From NCBI GenBank assembly GCA_041640635.1, contig JBEPZX010000006.1, positions 16,586 through 80,585 on the forward strand: DNA of 64,000 nt, in the 5' to 3' direction. Below are positions 45,687 through 54,179 of this stretch, in pieces. The first letter of the stretch is position 1, and the number at the start of each line of letters is the position of its first letter. The stretch is from Aquificaceae bacterium (lineage in GTDB: Bacteria; Aquificota; Aquificia; Aquificales; Aquificaceae). The position numbers and the translations under genes are program-made. The notes under the pieces are model-generated. The model ran no database searches. It was not told where the DNA came from and saw only the letters and a list, made by a program, of their open reading frames with translations.

Positions 45687-46625
45687 TTAGGCATACTTAA
45701 TTAAGACTTTTGAGATGTCTTCTTTTATTTGATTTATTAGATCCAAACTGGAAGAGAATTTTTTTTCTTCTCTTAAAAACTCTAAGAATTCTACCTTTAT
45801 TTTTTTCCCATATAAATTCAAACTTTTATGTATAATATGAACCTCTAACACCCTTTTTTTCCCTCCAAAGGTTGGTCGGTAACCGTAGTTTGCTATCGCT
45901 ATATGCTCATCATTTACCCTGACTGCATAAACACCTTCCTTTAAACACAGGTTTTCGCTTCCTTCTAAATTTGCTGTTGGAAAGCCTATTTTTGATCCTC
46001 TTCCATCTCCCTTAACTACTTTCCTTAGCAAGTAATACCTTCTCTTTAAGTATTTTGTTACTTCTTCTACTCTACCAGTATGCAGTAATCGTCTGATCAG
46101 TGTACTACTTACTATGTGGCCATCTACCTTGAAAGGTTCAGAAAGTTTTACATCGAAACCTAACTCCCTACCTAACTCTTTGGCAAGCTCTATTTCACCT
46201 TCCCTTCTGTATCCAAAACGCCAATCATAACCTACTAAAAGAAACTTGCATTTTAGTTTTCTGTGGACTATATCTTTTAAAAAATCCTCCGCTTTCATTA
46301 GGGAAAATTCTTTAGTGAACTTTATAAATAAGCACGCGTATACATTTAAGGAAGCTAATATATCTGCCCTTTCGTATACACTGCTTAGCTCGCAAGGTGC
46401 TTGATCAGGAGATAAGACTTTTAGAGGATGTGGGTAAAAGCTCAATATTACAGGTTTAAGACCTCTTAATTTAGCCTCTTCTACTAACCTGTTAACGAGA
46501 TACTGATGTCCAATATGAACACCGTCAAAATTACCTATGGCTATGGCAGTTTCGTAATCTAGAGAATCTATACAACTAAGACCTTTAAGACATTCATCTT
46601 TTATCTTTAAACTGTAGATATTCAT
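45687..46625 (-). CDS. ribF: Riboflavin kinase/FAD synthetase
   Basis: GNFDGVHIGH, VSSTLIR, GRGSKIGFPTAN, RPTF, EVH; ATG 46625 overlaps NYN stop (ATGA); track start 46637 also possible. Confidence 0.95.
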   Translation of the reverse strand: MNIYSLKIKDECLKGLSCIDSLDYETAIAIGNFDGVHIGHQYLVNRLVEEAKLRGLKPVILSFYPHPLKVLSPDQAPCELSSVYERADILASLNVYACLFIKFTKEFSLMKAEDFLKDIVHRKLKCKFLLVGYDWRFGYRREGEIELAKELGRELGFDVKLSEPFKVDGHIVSSTLIRRLLHTGRVEEVTKYLKRRYYLLRKVVKGDGRGSKIGFPTANLEGSENLCLKEGVYAVRVNDEHIAIANYGYRPTFGGKKRVLEVHIIHKSLNLYGKKIKVEFLEFLREEKKFSSSLDLINQIKEDISKVLIKYA

Positions 46626-47221
46626 TTTCTTTTCCAAAGACTTATTATTCTCTCCCAGAAGCTCAACTCTTGTGAAACTACAATCTGCTCTTGCACTACA
46701 AACCTGTCCATATAATCATCCAGCAGAATAAACTTATCGCAAACCTTTCTTAATTGGTAAGAACTAGTTTTCTTAAAAGATGCATTTTCTATACGTTTCC
46801 CTATCCTTTGAATCTCTTCTACCGTATACGAAAAATCACTATCTCCCGTAACAAGAATACCAGTATCGTAATTATCCATATAAGCCATACTAAGCATATC
46901 TGTAGCAAGCATTATGTCCACTTCCTTTTCTACAAACTCCCCGGATGGTAACTTTTTTAGGTTCGCTACCTTTACTTTTATTCCTTGCAAGGAAAGTTCT
47001 TCTAAAAACCTTCTTTGTCTTAGGTAACTATCCCATTCTGGAGAGTTCTTCTTTATATCTTTTTCCTTAGGTACAGCGCCATAAAAGTATGTCCTTATGT
47101 GGTATCTGTCACTAGCCAAAAAGCTAACTAGTTTCTGATAATCAATTTTTATGTTCAAATACCTAATAGCGTGAAATAAATTGGATCCATCTATGAACAC
47201 AATTACACGGTCTCTGCTCAT
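46622..47221 (-). CDS. NYN-domain (LabA/DUF88, PIN-like) predicted ribonuclease
   Basis: VFIDGSNL, EKEVDIMLATD, LVTGDSDF acidic catalytic motifs. Confidence 0.9.
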   Translation of the reverse strand: MSRDRVIVFIDGSNLFHAIRYLNIKIDYQKLVSFLASDRYHIRTYFYGAVPKEKDIKKNSPEWDSYLRQRRFLEELSLQGIKVKVANLKKLPSGEFVEKEVDIMLATDMLSMAYMDNYDTGILVTGDSDFSYTVEEIQRIGKRIENASFKKTSSYQLRKVCDKFILLDDYMDRFVVQEQIVVSQELSFWERIISLWKRK

Positions 47222-48426
47222 ATACTAAATCTAAGTATGGCACAAAGTTCTTTCATCTCCTTCTGTAGATTAGGATCTACTATAACCCTTACCTTTGCTC
47301 TTTCTTCCAGTGCCACTTCTACTGCTTCATTTACTATATCAGCTACTGGTATGGGCTTATCATCTTCCATAGGGCAAGTAGGTTCAACACTCGGAGTATG
47401 AGACTTAGAGCACAGATAACCTTCTATTGAGTAATCCATTGGAATAAGCAGTTCTCTTACATTTCCTATTTGAAGCATCTTTAAAACTTGTTGTGTACCA
47501 CAAACTGATAATCTTCCTAACAGATCTTTGCATCTTTCTATAGCTAGCTTGTCTTCTTCTCTATCTTTTTGTATGAGAAGATCCAATACTTTATTCTTGA
47601 GATCACCTAAATCTACATAAGCCGGATTTACATTTATATAACCTACAAGCCTTTCCAAGATATAAGTGTGTAAAAAGTTTTCTATTTCTTTAATGTCTTC
47701 TCTTTCACTACCTATTACGAGTTTATCGAATTTGAGTTCCTTCCACATTTCCATAAGAGCATCGTTTACAGCTTTAAACAATCTATGTCTTTCTTCAACC
47801 AGCCTAGTGTTAAATCTGTATTCACCTATGCCATGTTGTACTACATTCGGCGCTCCTTTTCTTGAAGGTATAGAGAATTTCATAGTTCCCTGAGCTCCTT
47901 TTAAAGTAGCTCCTCCTGTATGAAACTTATGAGCCCTTGTAGCCAAAACTTCAAATATATCTTCCACCTCTTTTATTTCTTCAATATCCATCAAGAAAAA
48001 TCTTGCATGTTTTCTATCCAAGACAACTATGGCAACTCTTCCAAATTCTTCGTCTATGGCTGCTATTTCCTTTATCAAAGGCACGTTAGATACCATAAGT
48101 CTATTTCTGTAAACATAGGGTAGTTTTAATACTTCAAAGACATTTTTTTCACTACAAGAAAATATAGCTACGCCTCTACCATTTTTGAGATTGTCAACAT
48201 CAGAAAGAAAGTTTTCTATCTTCCTAAAGTCCTCTTCTAAGTTTTCATCATGAGATCCAGATTTTTCCAATGCTGTCTTTTGAGCTTTTACTAGATCTTT
48301 GTAGACTTTTATGTATTTCCTATCTGCTCTATCTTCAGGAAATAGTCTTAGATATAGACTTATTACATTTTCTCTTTGGGAATGTAGCTTTTCAAGGTTT
48401 TTTAATGACTCGATAATTTGTGCCAT
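47218..48426 (-). CDS. Bacterial aRF1/eRF1/Pelota-fold protein (baeRF1-like) without GGQ
   Basis: VISLYL N-domain, GVAIF, VVLDRKHARFF middle domain, L7Ae-like C-domain ending CAILRF with Cys knuckle; AAGGAGG RBS. Confidence 0.82.
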   Translation of the reverse strand: MAQIIESLKNLEKLHSQRENVISLYLRLFPEDRADRKYIKVYKDLVKAQKTALEKSGSHDENLEEDFRKIENFLSDVDNLKNGRGVAIFSCSEKNVFEVLKLPYVYRNRLMVSNVPLIKEIAAIDEEFGRVAIVVLDRKHARFFLMDIEEIKEVEDIFEVLATRAHKFHTGGATLKGAQGTMKFSIPSRKGAPNVVQHGIGEYRFNTRLVEERHRLFKAVNDALMEMWKELKFDKLVIGSEREDIKEIENFLHTYILERLVGYINVNPAYVDLGDLKNKVLDLLIQKDREEDKLAIERCKDLLGRLSVCGTQQVLKMLQIGNVRELLIPMDYSIEGYLCSKSHTPSVEPTCPMEDDKPIPVADIVNEAVEVALEERAKVRVIVDPNLQKEMKELCAILRFSI

Positions 48427-48449
48427 ATACTTCCTCCTTAGTATATATT

Positions 48450-49649
48450 TTAAATCAACCTACGGTAAAGCTTGTCTCTTACATACCTCTCCTTTTCTTT
48501 ATCATCCTCCGTATCTATGGAACCAATAACTCTCCACCTTTTGTTTGTGCCGTAGGTAAAGTATATTCTACCACCCTTTGGTCTTAGCTTAAAAATACCA
48601 TCTAAACCTTTCATAGGTTGTAGTTTTTCTGTAACATCTTTAACATTTAGAATTAAAAGCTCTTTTATAAATTCTCTTTTCTTTTCGTGAGCTAACCTTA
48701 TGAACTCTTCGATAAAATCTTCGCTGAATTCTATGTTTTCAAAGGTGAAATTAAGGAACTCCTTATAGTAATCCATCTTATTTTGCACACCTTTTTCTAG
48801 TTCTTCTAACTTAACCTTTAGCACACTCAGTTCCATTTCTCTACGTTCAGCTAACTTCTTTAGCTCTTTGTTCTCTTCCTCAAGACTCTCCTTTTTCCTA
48901 TACAAATCATCAAGTACCTCTTGAAGCTCCAGGATTTCCTTCAAAAGTTTTTTACGCTCACTTCTTAGTTTTGAGAGCTCACTGGGGTCTTTTTTTTCAT
49001 ACTTGTTTATTGAAGAATCTATCATGGAAAAAAGCCTCTTGTTTGCTTCCACCAAAGCATCCAATCTGTTTTTGTATTCTTTAAGCTTATTTTCAGATTC
49101 TTTTATCTTCCTTAAAAGCTCATTGTACTCCTCTTTTAGTCTGTCCTTTTCCTCGCTTTCCTTTTCTAAATGACCTATTCTATTGAGAAGTTCATCCTTT
49201 TCCTGAGACAAGAGGGATATGTATTCTTGTCTAATATTTATACTATCCGTTAGTTTTTTTATTTCTTCCTGATTTTGCATAAATTGCTTTTCGATCTTCT
49301 CCTTTTCTCTAATAAGCTCTTTGATTCTTTTTTCAGTTGGTGATTCAAATAACCATATGATAGAAAGAGTTAAAACCAAGGAAGGCAATGTATTTATAAA
49401 GATGAGAAAGTCTTGGGTAAATACGCTGAAGAAAGCTAGTTGAGATACAAAAAGGTAAGCTATCCAGCCTACTGTAGTTTTTCTTTCACCAAACAACCAG
49501 GAAAGGTATAAAGCGGAGTTATACGAAAAAAGTATTATGTATCCCCATTTGTCATTTGGGAAAAGTGGTAAACCATACTCCTTCGAAAAAAAGTAAAGAA
49601 GAAAGTTATACGATATCACAAGAAAAGAGAGAGTAAAAATGTCCTTCAT
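48450..49649 (-). CDS. Membrane-anchored coiled-coil protein with C-terminal RelE-like domain
   Basis: About 4 N-terminal TM segments, about 200 aa E/K/L heptads, last about 95 aa resemble the RelE/ParE fold. Confidence 0.7.
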   Translation of the reverse strand: MKDIFTLSFLVISYNFLLYFFSKEYGLPLFPNDKWGYIILFSYNSALYLSWLFGERKTTVGWIAYLFVSQLAFFSVFTQDFLIFINTLPSLVLTLSIIWLFESPTEKRIKELIREKEKIEKQFMQNQEEIKKLTDSINIRQEYISLLSQEKDELLNRIGHLEKESEEKDRLKEEYNELLRKIKESENKLKEYKNRLDALVEANKRLFSMIDSSINKYEKKDPSELSKLRSERKKLLKEILELQEVLDDLYRKKESLEEENKELKKLAERREMELSVLKVKLEELEKGVQNKMDYYKEFLNFTFENIEFSEDFIEEFIRLAHEKKREFIKELLILNVKDVTEKLQPMKGLDGIFKLRPKGGRIYFTYGTNKRWRVIGSIDTEDDKEKERYVRDKLYRRLI

Positions 49650-49712
49650 TGAAGTTAAAATTTAATACATATTCTTGCCTTTTTCATTTATATTATGTAA
49701 AATATTTAAAAA

Positions 49713-49788
49713 TCCGGGGTAGCTCAACGGGCAGAGCGGGTGGCTGTTAACCACCAGGTTGGGGGTTCGAGTCCCTCCCCCGGAGCCA
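49713..49788 (+). tRNA. tRNA-Asn(GTT), CCA encoded
   Basis: TCCGGGG/CCCCGGA stem, GGTGG-CTGTTAA-CCACC, GTTCGAG, terminal GCCA. Confidence 0.97.
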
Positions 49789-49797
49789 AATGAAAAG

Positions 49798-50364
49798 ATG
49801 ATTGAAATAAAAGGTGTTACCTTACCAGTTGTATTGATAAAGATAAAAGAAAGGGGGGATTTTGATACCCTTTCAAAGGAGATAAAGGAAAAACTGTCAT
49901 CTAAACTGTTTAACAACAGCTACTTTCTTATAGATGGAAAGGAATACTTAACAGAAGATGAATTAAAAAAATTAGAAGAGTCCTTATCTGATAAGATGCA
50001 AAACGTTAGAACACTCCAATCCAAAAAATCTCAAATAAAGGGCAGGCTTCTTGTTGTAAGAAAGCATTTGAGATCTGGTCAAAAGATTGAACATAACGGT
50101 GACATTTTGGTGCTTGGAGATGTGAATAAAGACGCTCAAGTAGTAGCTTCTGGTAATATTATTGTTATGGGAAAGTTGAGAGGTATGGCTTTTGCCGGAG
50201 CACTCGGAGATGAGTCGTGTGTCGTTGTGGCATTAGAAATGCTACCCCAACAAATTAGAATAGGCAAAAAGGTAGCTATCATGAGCGATGAAGATAGAAA
50301 ATCTTTGGGCTCTCCTGAGATCGCAAAAGTTGAAGATGGTAATATAATCCTGGAACAGATCTGA
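49798..50364 (+). CDS. minC: Septum site-determining protein MinC
   Basis: IEIKG, LRSGQ, LGDVN, ASGNIIVMGKLRG.AFAG, PQQIRIG; start moved out of the tRNA. Confidence 0.92.
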   Translation: MIEIKGVTLPVVLIKIKERGDFDTLSKEIKEKLSSKLFNNSYFLIDGKEYLTEDELKKLEESLSDKMQNVRTLQSKKSQIKGRLLVVRKHLRSGQKIEHNGDILVLGDVNKDAQVVASGNIIVMGKLRGMAFAGALGDESCVVVALEMLPQQIRIGKKVAIMSDEDRKSLGSPEIAKVEDGNIILEQI

Positions 50365-50382
50365 TGTGTAATCAGTGTATCA

Positions 50383-50472
50383 GGCGAGGTGCCGGAGTGG
50401 TCGAACGGGGCGGTCTCGAAAATCGCTGTGGGGTTTCATGCCCCACCGGGGGTTCGAATCCCTCCCTCGCCG
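50383..50472 (+). tRNA. tRNA-Ser(CGA), CCA not encoded
   Basis: GGCGAGG/CCTCGCC stem, GCGGT-CTCGAAA-ATCGC, long variable arm, GTTCGAA. Confidence 0.95.
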
Positions 50473-50484
50473 TCTGCAAAAGCC

Positions 50485-51060
50485 ATGAGTGAAATAGTAA
50501 AGGAGCTAAAACCTTACCTTGAAAGAGGATTAGATCCCATTGTTTCCCTCTTACATCAGTTTAAAATTCATCCTAACTTTATAACTGTATTAGGTTTCTT
50601 TCTAGTAATCGTTGGTTCATACTTTTTATATATAAATCAAGATTTGATGGCACTGCTATTTCTTACTTTAGGTGCATTAGCCGATGCTTGTGATGGTAGT
50701 TTGGCCCGCAAGTATAACAAAAATACTACCTTTGGAGCTTTTTTAGACTCTGTATTGGACAGATTTTCCGATGCGTTCCCCTTTATAGCTCTAACCTTCA
50801 GGTTTGAGGGGATAATGTCCCTTATGTGTATTTTGGCTATTCTTTTTTCATTCAGTGTAAGCTACACAAGAGCTAGAGCAGAAGGTTTAGGATACGATCT
50901 AAAAGTAGGCATTTTTGAAAGACCTGAAAGATGGATAATTCTTTTAATAAGTGTGCTTTTAGGTGCTGTGGAGTTAGGAGTTTTGATAATTTTTATAGGC
51001 TCTTTTGTAACCACTATTCAAAGGGTTTATACTTTTATGAAAATAAGTGATAGGAGGTAA
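50485..51060 (+). CDS. CDP-alcohol phosphatidyltransferase (phosphatidylinositol-phosphate synthase-like)
   Basis: HPN..T, DACDGSLAR...GAFLDSVLDR..D, SYTRARAE, ERPER; start moved out of the tRNA. Confidence 0.88.
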   Translation: MSEIVKELKPYLERGLDPIVSLLHQFKIHPNFITVLGFFLVIVGSYFLYINQDLMALLFLTLGALADACDGSLARKYNKNTTFGAFLDSVLDRFSDAFPFIALTFRFEGIMSLMCILAILFSFSVSYTRARAEGLGYDLKVGIFERPERWIILLISVLLGAVELGVLIIFIGSFVTTIQRVYTFMKISDRR

Positions 51061-51064
51061 AAAA

Positions 51065-51502
51065 ATGTTACCAAGAGACCTTATAGATCTTATGAGAGAT
51101 ATGAATGTTTTTCCAGTAGTTTTAGGAAGTGTTTCCCAAGATAATGAAGTGCATTTAGCATTTGTGTCTTGGGTTTATCCTATAGATGAAAGAAGGATAA
51201 GAGTAGCTGTTAGCTCAAACTCTACGAGCGATAAGAATTTACGCGAAACCAAGAAGGCTAGTCTTATGCTTTTCGCTCCCGACAAGGCGCTTTCTTGTTA
51301 TGGATCTGCAGAGCTTCTCATTGAGAAGATAGAATCGGTGAAGTTTCCCGTTTCGGTTTTTGAGATTGGAATAGACCGTGTAGAGAATAACCTATTCCCA
51401 GGAGCTACAATTGTAGGAACTATCCCATTTGTTCATACAGGAGATCTAAGGAAAGCCGTAGATCTTGATTTAGCTGTGCTTGAGGCTCTCAAATCCGCAT
51501 GA
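51065..51502 (+). CDS. Pyridoxamine 5'-phosphate oxidase-like (FMN split-barrel) protein
   Basis: VHLAFVSW, S..NLRE...ASL pattern; AGGAGGT RBS. Confidence 0.65.
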   Translation: MLPRDLIDLMRDMNVFPVVLGSVSQDNEVHLAFVSWVYPIDERRIRVAVSSNSTSDKNLRETKKASLMLFAPDKALSCYGSAELLIEKIESVKFPVSVFEIGIDRVENNLFPGATIVGTIPFVHTGDLRKAVDLDLAVLEALKSA

Positions 51503-52257
51503 ATACAGCTGTCATTAAAATTACCAACTTATATAAGGAAATACTTGGAAGGAAAATACTGGAAGATATAAATTTAGAAGTTTACAAAGGTGAAATATTC
51601 AGTATAGTGGGTGGTAGTGGGAGTGGTAAAACATCAATAACTAAGTGTATTGTAGGATTATGGCAACCTAGTAGTGGCAGTGTAGAGGTCTTTGGAAAGG
51701 ATCTTTCAAAACTCAGCTTTAAAGAGTTGGATCAATTGAGAAAAAAAATAGGTTACGTATTCCAGGAATCAGCCTTATTTGATAGTTTAACTGTATGGGA
51801 AAATGTAGTTTTTTATTACTTGGAAAAGACTAGCATGCGCTATAGTGAGCTTAGGTCTCTGGCTATTGAGAAACTAAGATTAGTAGGTTTGGAGGAAGAT
51901 GTTTTAGATCTCTATCCTTCTGAGCTTTCTGGTGGTATGAAAAAACGTGTTGGTGTAGCTAGAGCCATAGCTACTGACCCAGAATTGATAATATATGACG
52001 AACCAACATCAGGACTTGACCCTGTGACTAGTAGACTTATAGATGGACTCATACTAAACCTAAGGGGAAAAGTAGGCACTACATCTATAGTAGTTACTCA
52101 TGACTTAATAACAGCTTTTACGATATCGGACAGGATTGCCATTGTGGATAGTGGGAAAATATTGCAGATAGGAACACCTAGGGAAATTATGGAATCTACC
52201 AATCCAAAAGTATCAGATTTTGTAAGTAAGGGCATTTTACACAACTACGTAAGATGA
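51499..52257 (+). CDS. MlaF/Mkl-type ABC transporter ATPase
   Basis: GGSGSGKT, FQESALFDSLTV, PSELSGGMKKRV, YDEPTSGLDP. Confidence 0.88.
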   Translation: MNTAVIKITNLYKEILGRKILEDINLEVYKGEIFSIVGGSGSGKTSITKCIVGLWQPSSGSVEVFGKDLSKLSFKELDQLRKKIGYVFQESALFDSLTVWENVVFYYLEKTSMRYSELRSLAIEKLRLVGLEEDVLDLYPSELSGGMKKRVGVARAIATDPELIIYDEPTSGLDPVTSRLIDGLILNLRGKVGTTSIVVTHDLITAFTISDRIAIVDSGKILQIGTPREIMESTNPKVSDFVSKGILHNYVR

Positions 52258-53315
52258 GAATTTTGTTCAAAGTAGGATCAAACCTCATACAAACTGATGA
52301 AGGTGATATAGACTTTGGTTTTTTGTCTAACCTAGCCAGGGCTATAAAGGTACTTAAAAGCAAGGGTGATGAAATTTTAATTGTCTCTTCGGGAGCAGTA
52401 CTATGCGGTGTGAAAAAATTAAACCTAAAAGAGAAACCTAAAGATATTTCTTTAAAGCAAGCTATTGCTGGCGTAGGGCAAGCTTACCTTATGCACATAT
52501 ACGATACCATATTTACCAATTACGGGTTAATACCCTCTCAAGTTCTTTTAACTTCTGATGTTTTCAGGGAAAACTTCAAGTTCCAAACGGCAAAATCTAC
52601 CATGGAGCGTATGCTGAGCATGGGAATAGTTCCCGTTATAAACGAAAACGATGCAGTAGCCGTATCTGAGCTAATTTTTGGAGATAATGACTTTTTAGCT
52701 ATTCATACGGCTTTTATGATGGATGTAGAGCTCGTAGTCTTTTTATCTACAGCAGGTGGTTTAAGAGATGATAATGGAAATATAGTGAATCACGTAAAAA
52801 ACATAGACGACGCTTTTAAGCTAGTTAAAAAAGAAAGCTCCTTGTTTGGTACTGGCGGAATGTATAGTAAACTTTTGGCAAGCAAAATAGCAAGTAGTAT
52901 TGGAATTAACGTGATAATAACGGGTAAGGATGAAGAATTTATCCACATAAGGGATCTAACAACTAAGGGGACGTTAATAGAAGCTAAAAAAGATCCATTA
53001 AAACAAAAAAAGAGAGCCATAGCTATGATGGAAGAGACAAAAGGAGCTCTTTACATCGATGACGGAGCGTGTAAAGCTTTAAAGTCTGGTAAAAGTCTTT
53101 TACCAGCGGGTGTGGTAAGAGTAGAAGGCTACTTTGGCAAAGGTGATACGGTAAGTATACTAAGTGAGGATGGATTCCTAATCGGAAAGGGTAAAGTGAA
53201 CTTCTCTTCAGAAGAAATAAAAAAGATATTAAGAAAACGGGGAGAAGAAGTTAAGAGCATACTAAAAACAAATAAAGAAGAAGTAATACACCGTGACTAT
53301 TTAGTGGTATTTTAG
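52254..53315 (+). CDS. proB: Glutamate 5-kinase
   Basis: KVGS, VSSGAV, INENDAV, FGDND, GTGGMYSK, PUA domain. Confidence 0.95.
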   Translation: MRILFKVGSNLIQTDEGDIDFGFLSNLARAIKVLKSKGDEILIVSSGAVLCGVKKLNLKEKPKDISLKQAIAGVGQAYLMHIYDTIFTNYGLIPSQVLLTSDVFRENFKFQTAKSTMERMLSMGIVPVINENDAVAVSELIFGDNDFLAIHTAFMMDVELVVFLSTAGGLRDDNGNIVNHVKNIDDAFKLVKKESSLFGTGGMYSKLLASKIASSIGINVIITGKDEEFIHIRDLTTKGTLIEAKKDPLKQKKRAIAMMEETKGALYIDDGACKALKSGKSLLPAGVVRVEGYFGKGDTVSILSEDGFLIGKGKVNFSSEEIKKILRKRGEEVKSILKTNKEEVIHRDYLVVF

Positions 53316-53489
53316 ATAGGCGACAATGTTATCCAATTGACGAAAGGCTCAAACATCCCATATATTTCCACAATAAAAACCTTCTCAGTATAAGTTTAAG
53401 GTTCAGCTTATTAAAAAAGGTTTTGTGTTAGATTGACAGTAAATTATTAAGTAGCATATATTCAAATAGACCATGTTATAATTGCCTTT

Positions 53490-54179
53490 ATGAAATTTGG
53501 TGTATGCGTGTTTCCCGGATCCAATTGCGATTACGATACCTATTACGTCATAAGAGACATACTAGGCAAACCCGTTAGATTCATAGATTACAGAGAGAGA
53601 AACATAAAAGATGTAGATTGCGTAATTATCCCAGGTGGTTTTTCTTTTGGAGATTACTTAAGAGCTGGAGCTTTAGCAAGCAAGACGCCACTTGCATACG
53701 CTATTTATGAATTTGCACAAAAAGGTAAGTATGTGATAGGAATATGCAACGGTTTTCAAATTTTAACAGAACTTCATTTGCTACCTGGTGCTTTGCTGAG
53801 AAATGATAACTTAAAATTTGTTTGTAAGGATGTGTATTTGAGAGTAGAAAGTACCAAGACACCCTTTACAGAAGATTTGGAAATAGGTGAAGTTTTAACT
53901 CTTCCTATAGCTCATGGAGAGGGTAGATATCATGTAAACGAAGAGGTACTAAGAACCTTGGAAGAAAATAACCAGATTGTATTAAGGTACTGCACTAAGG
54001 ACGGAGAAATTACACAAGAAGCCAACCCCAATGGTTCCGTATCCAACATAGCAGGTGTTTGCAACAAAGAGGGCAATGTGTTTGGTCTTATGCCGCATCC
54101 AGAGAGAGCTTGTGAAGATATACTTGGCTATCATCACGGATTACTTTTATGGAATTCTCTTTTAAGTTCTTCTACGTAA
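53490..54179 (+). CDS. purQ: FGAM synthase glutaminase subunit
   Basis: FPGSNCD, PGGFSFGDYLR, GICNGFQ, MPHPER. Confidence 0.97.
   Translation: MKFGVCVFPGSNCDYDTYYVIRDILGKPVRFIDYRERNIKDVDCVIIPGGFSFGDYLRAGALASKTPLAYAIYEFAQKGKYVIGICNGFQILTELHLLPGALLRNDNLKFVCKDVYLRVESTKTPFTEDLEIGEVLTLPIAHGEGRYHVNEEVLRTLEENNQIVLRYCTKDGEITQEANPNGSVSNIAGVCNKEGNVFGLMPHPERACEDILGYHHGLLLWNSLLSSST

Noticed and set aside
48450..49712. Classical RelBE toxin-antitoxin pair
   Set aside because: No antitoxin-sized ORF on either side, and the RelE-like domain is fused to a membrane protein
49713..50472. tRNA genes as possible integration sites for an island
   Set aside because: No integrase, no duplicated tRNA 3' end (att) and housekeeping flanks
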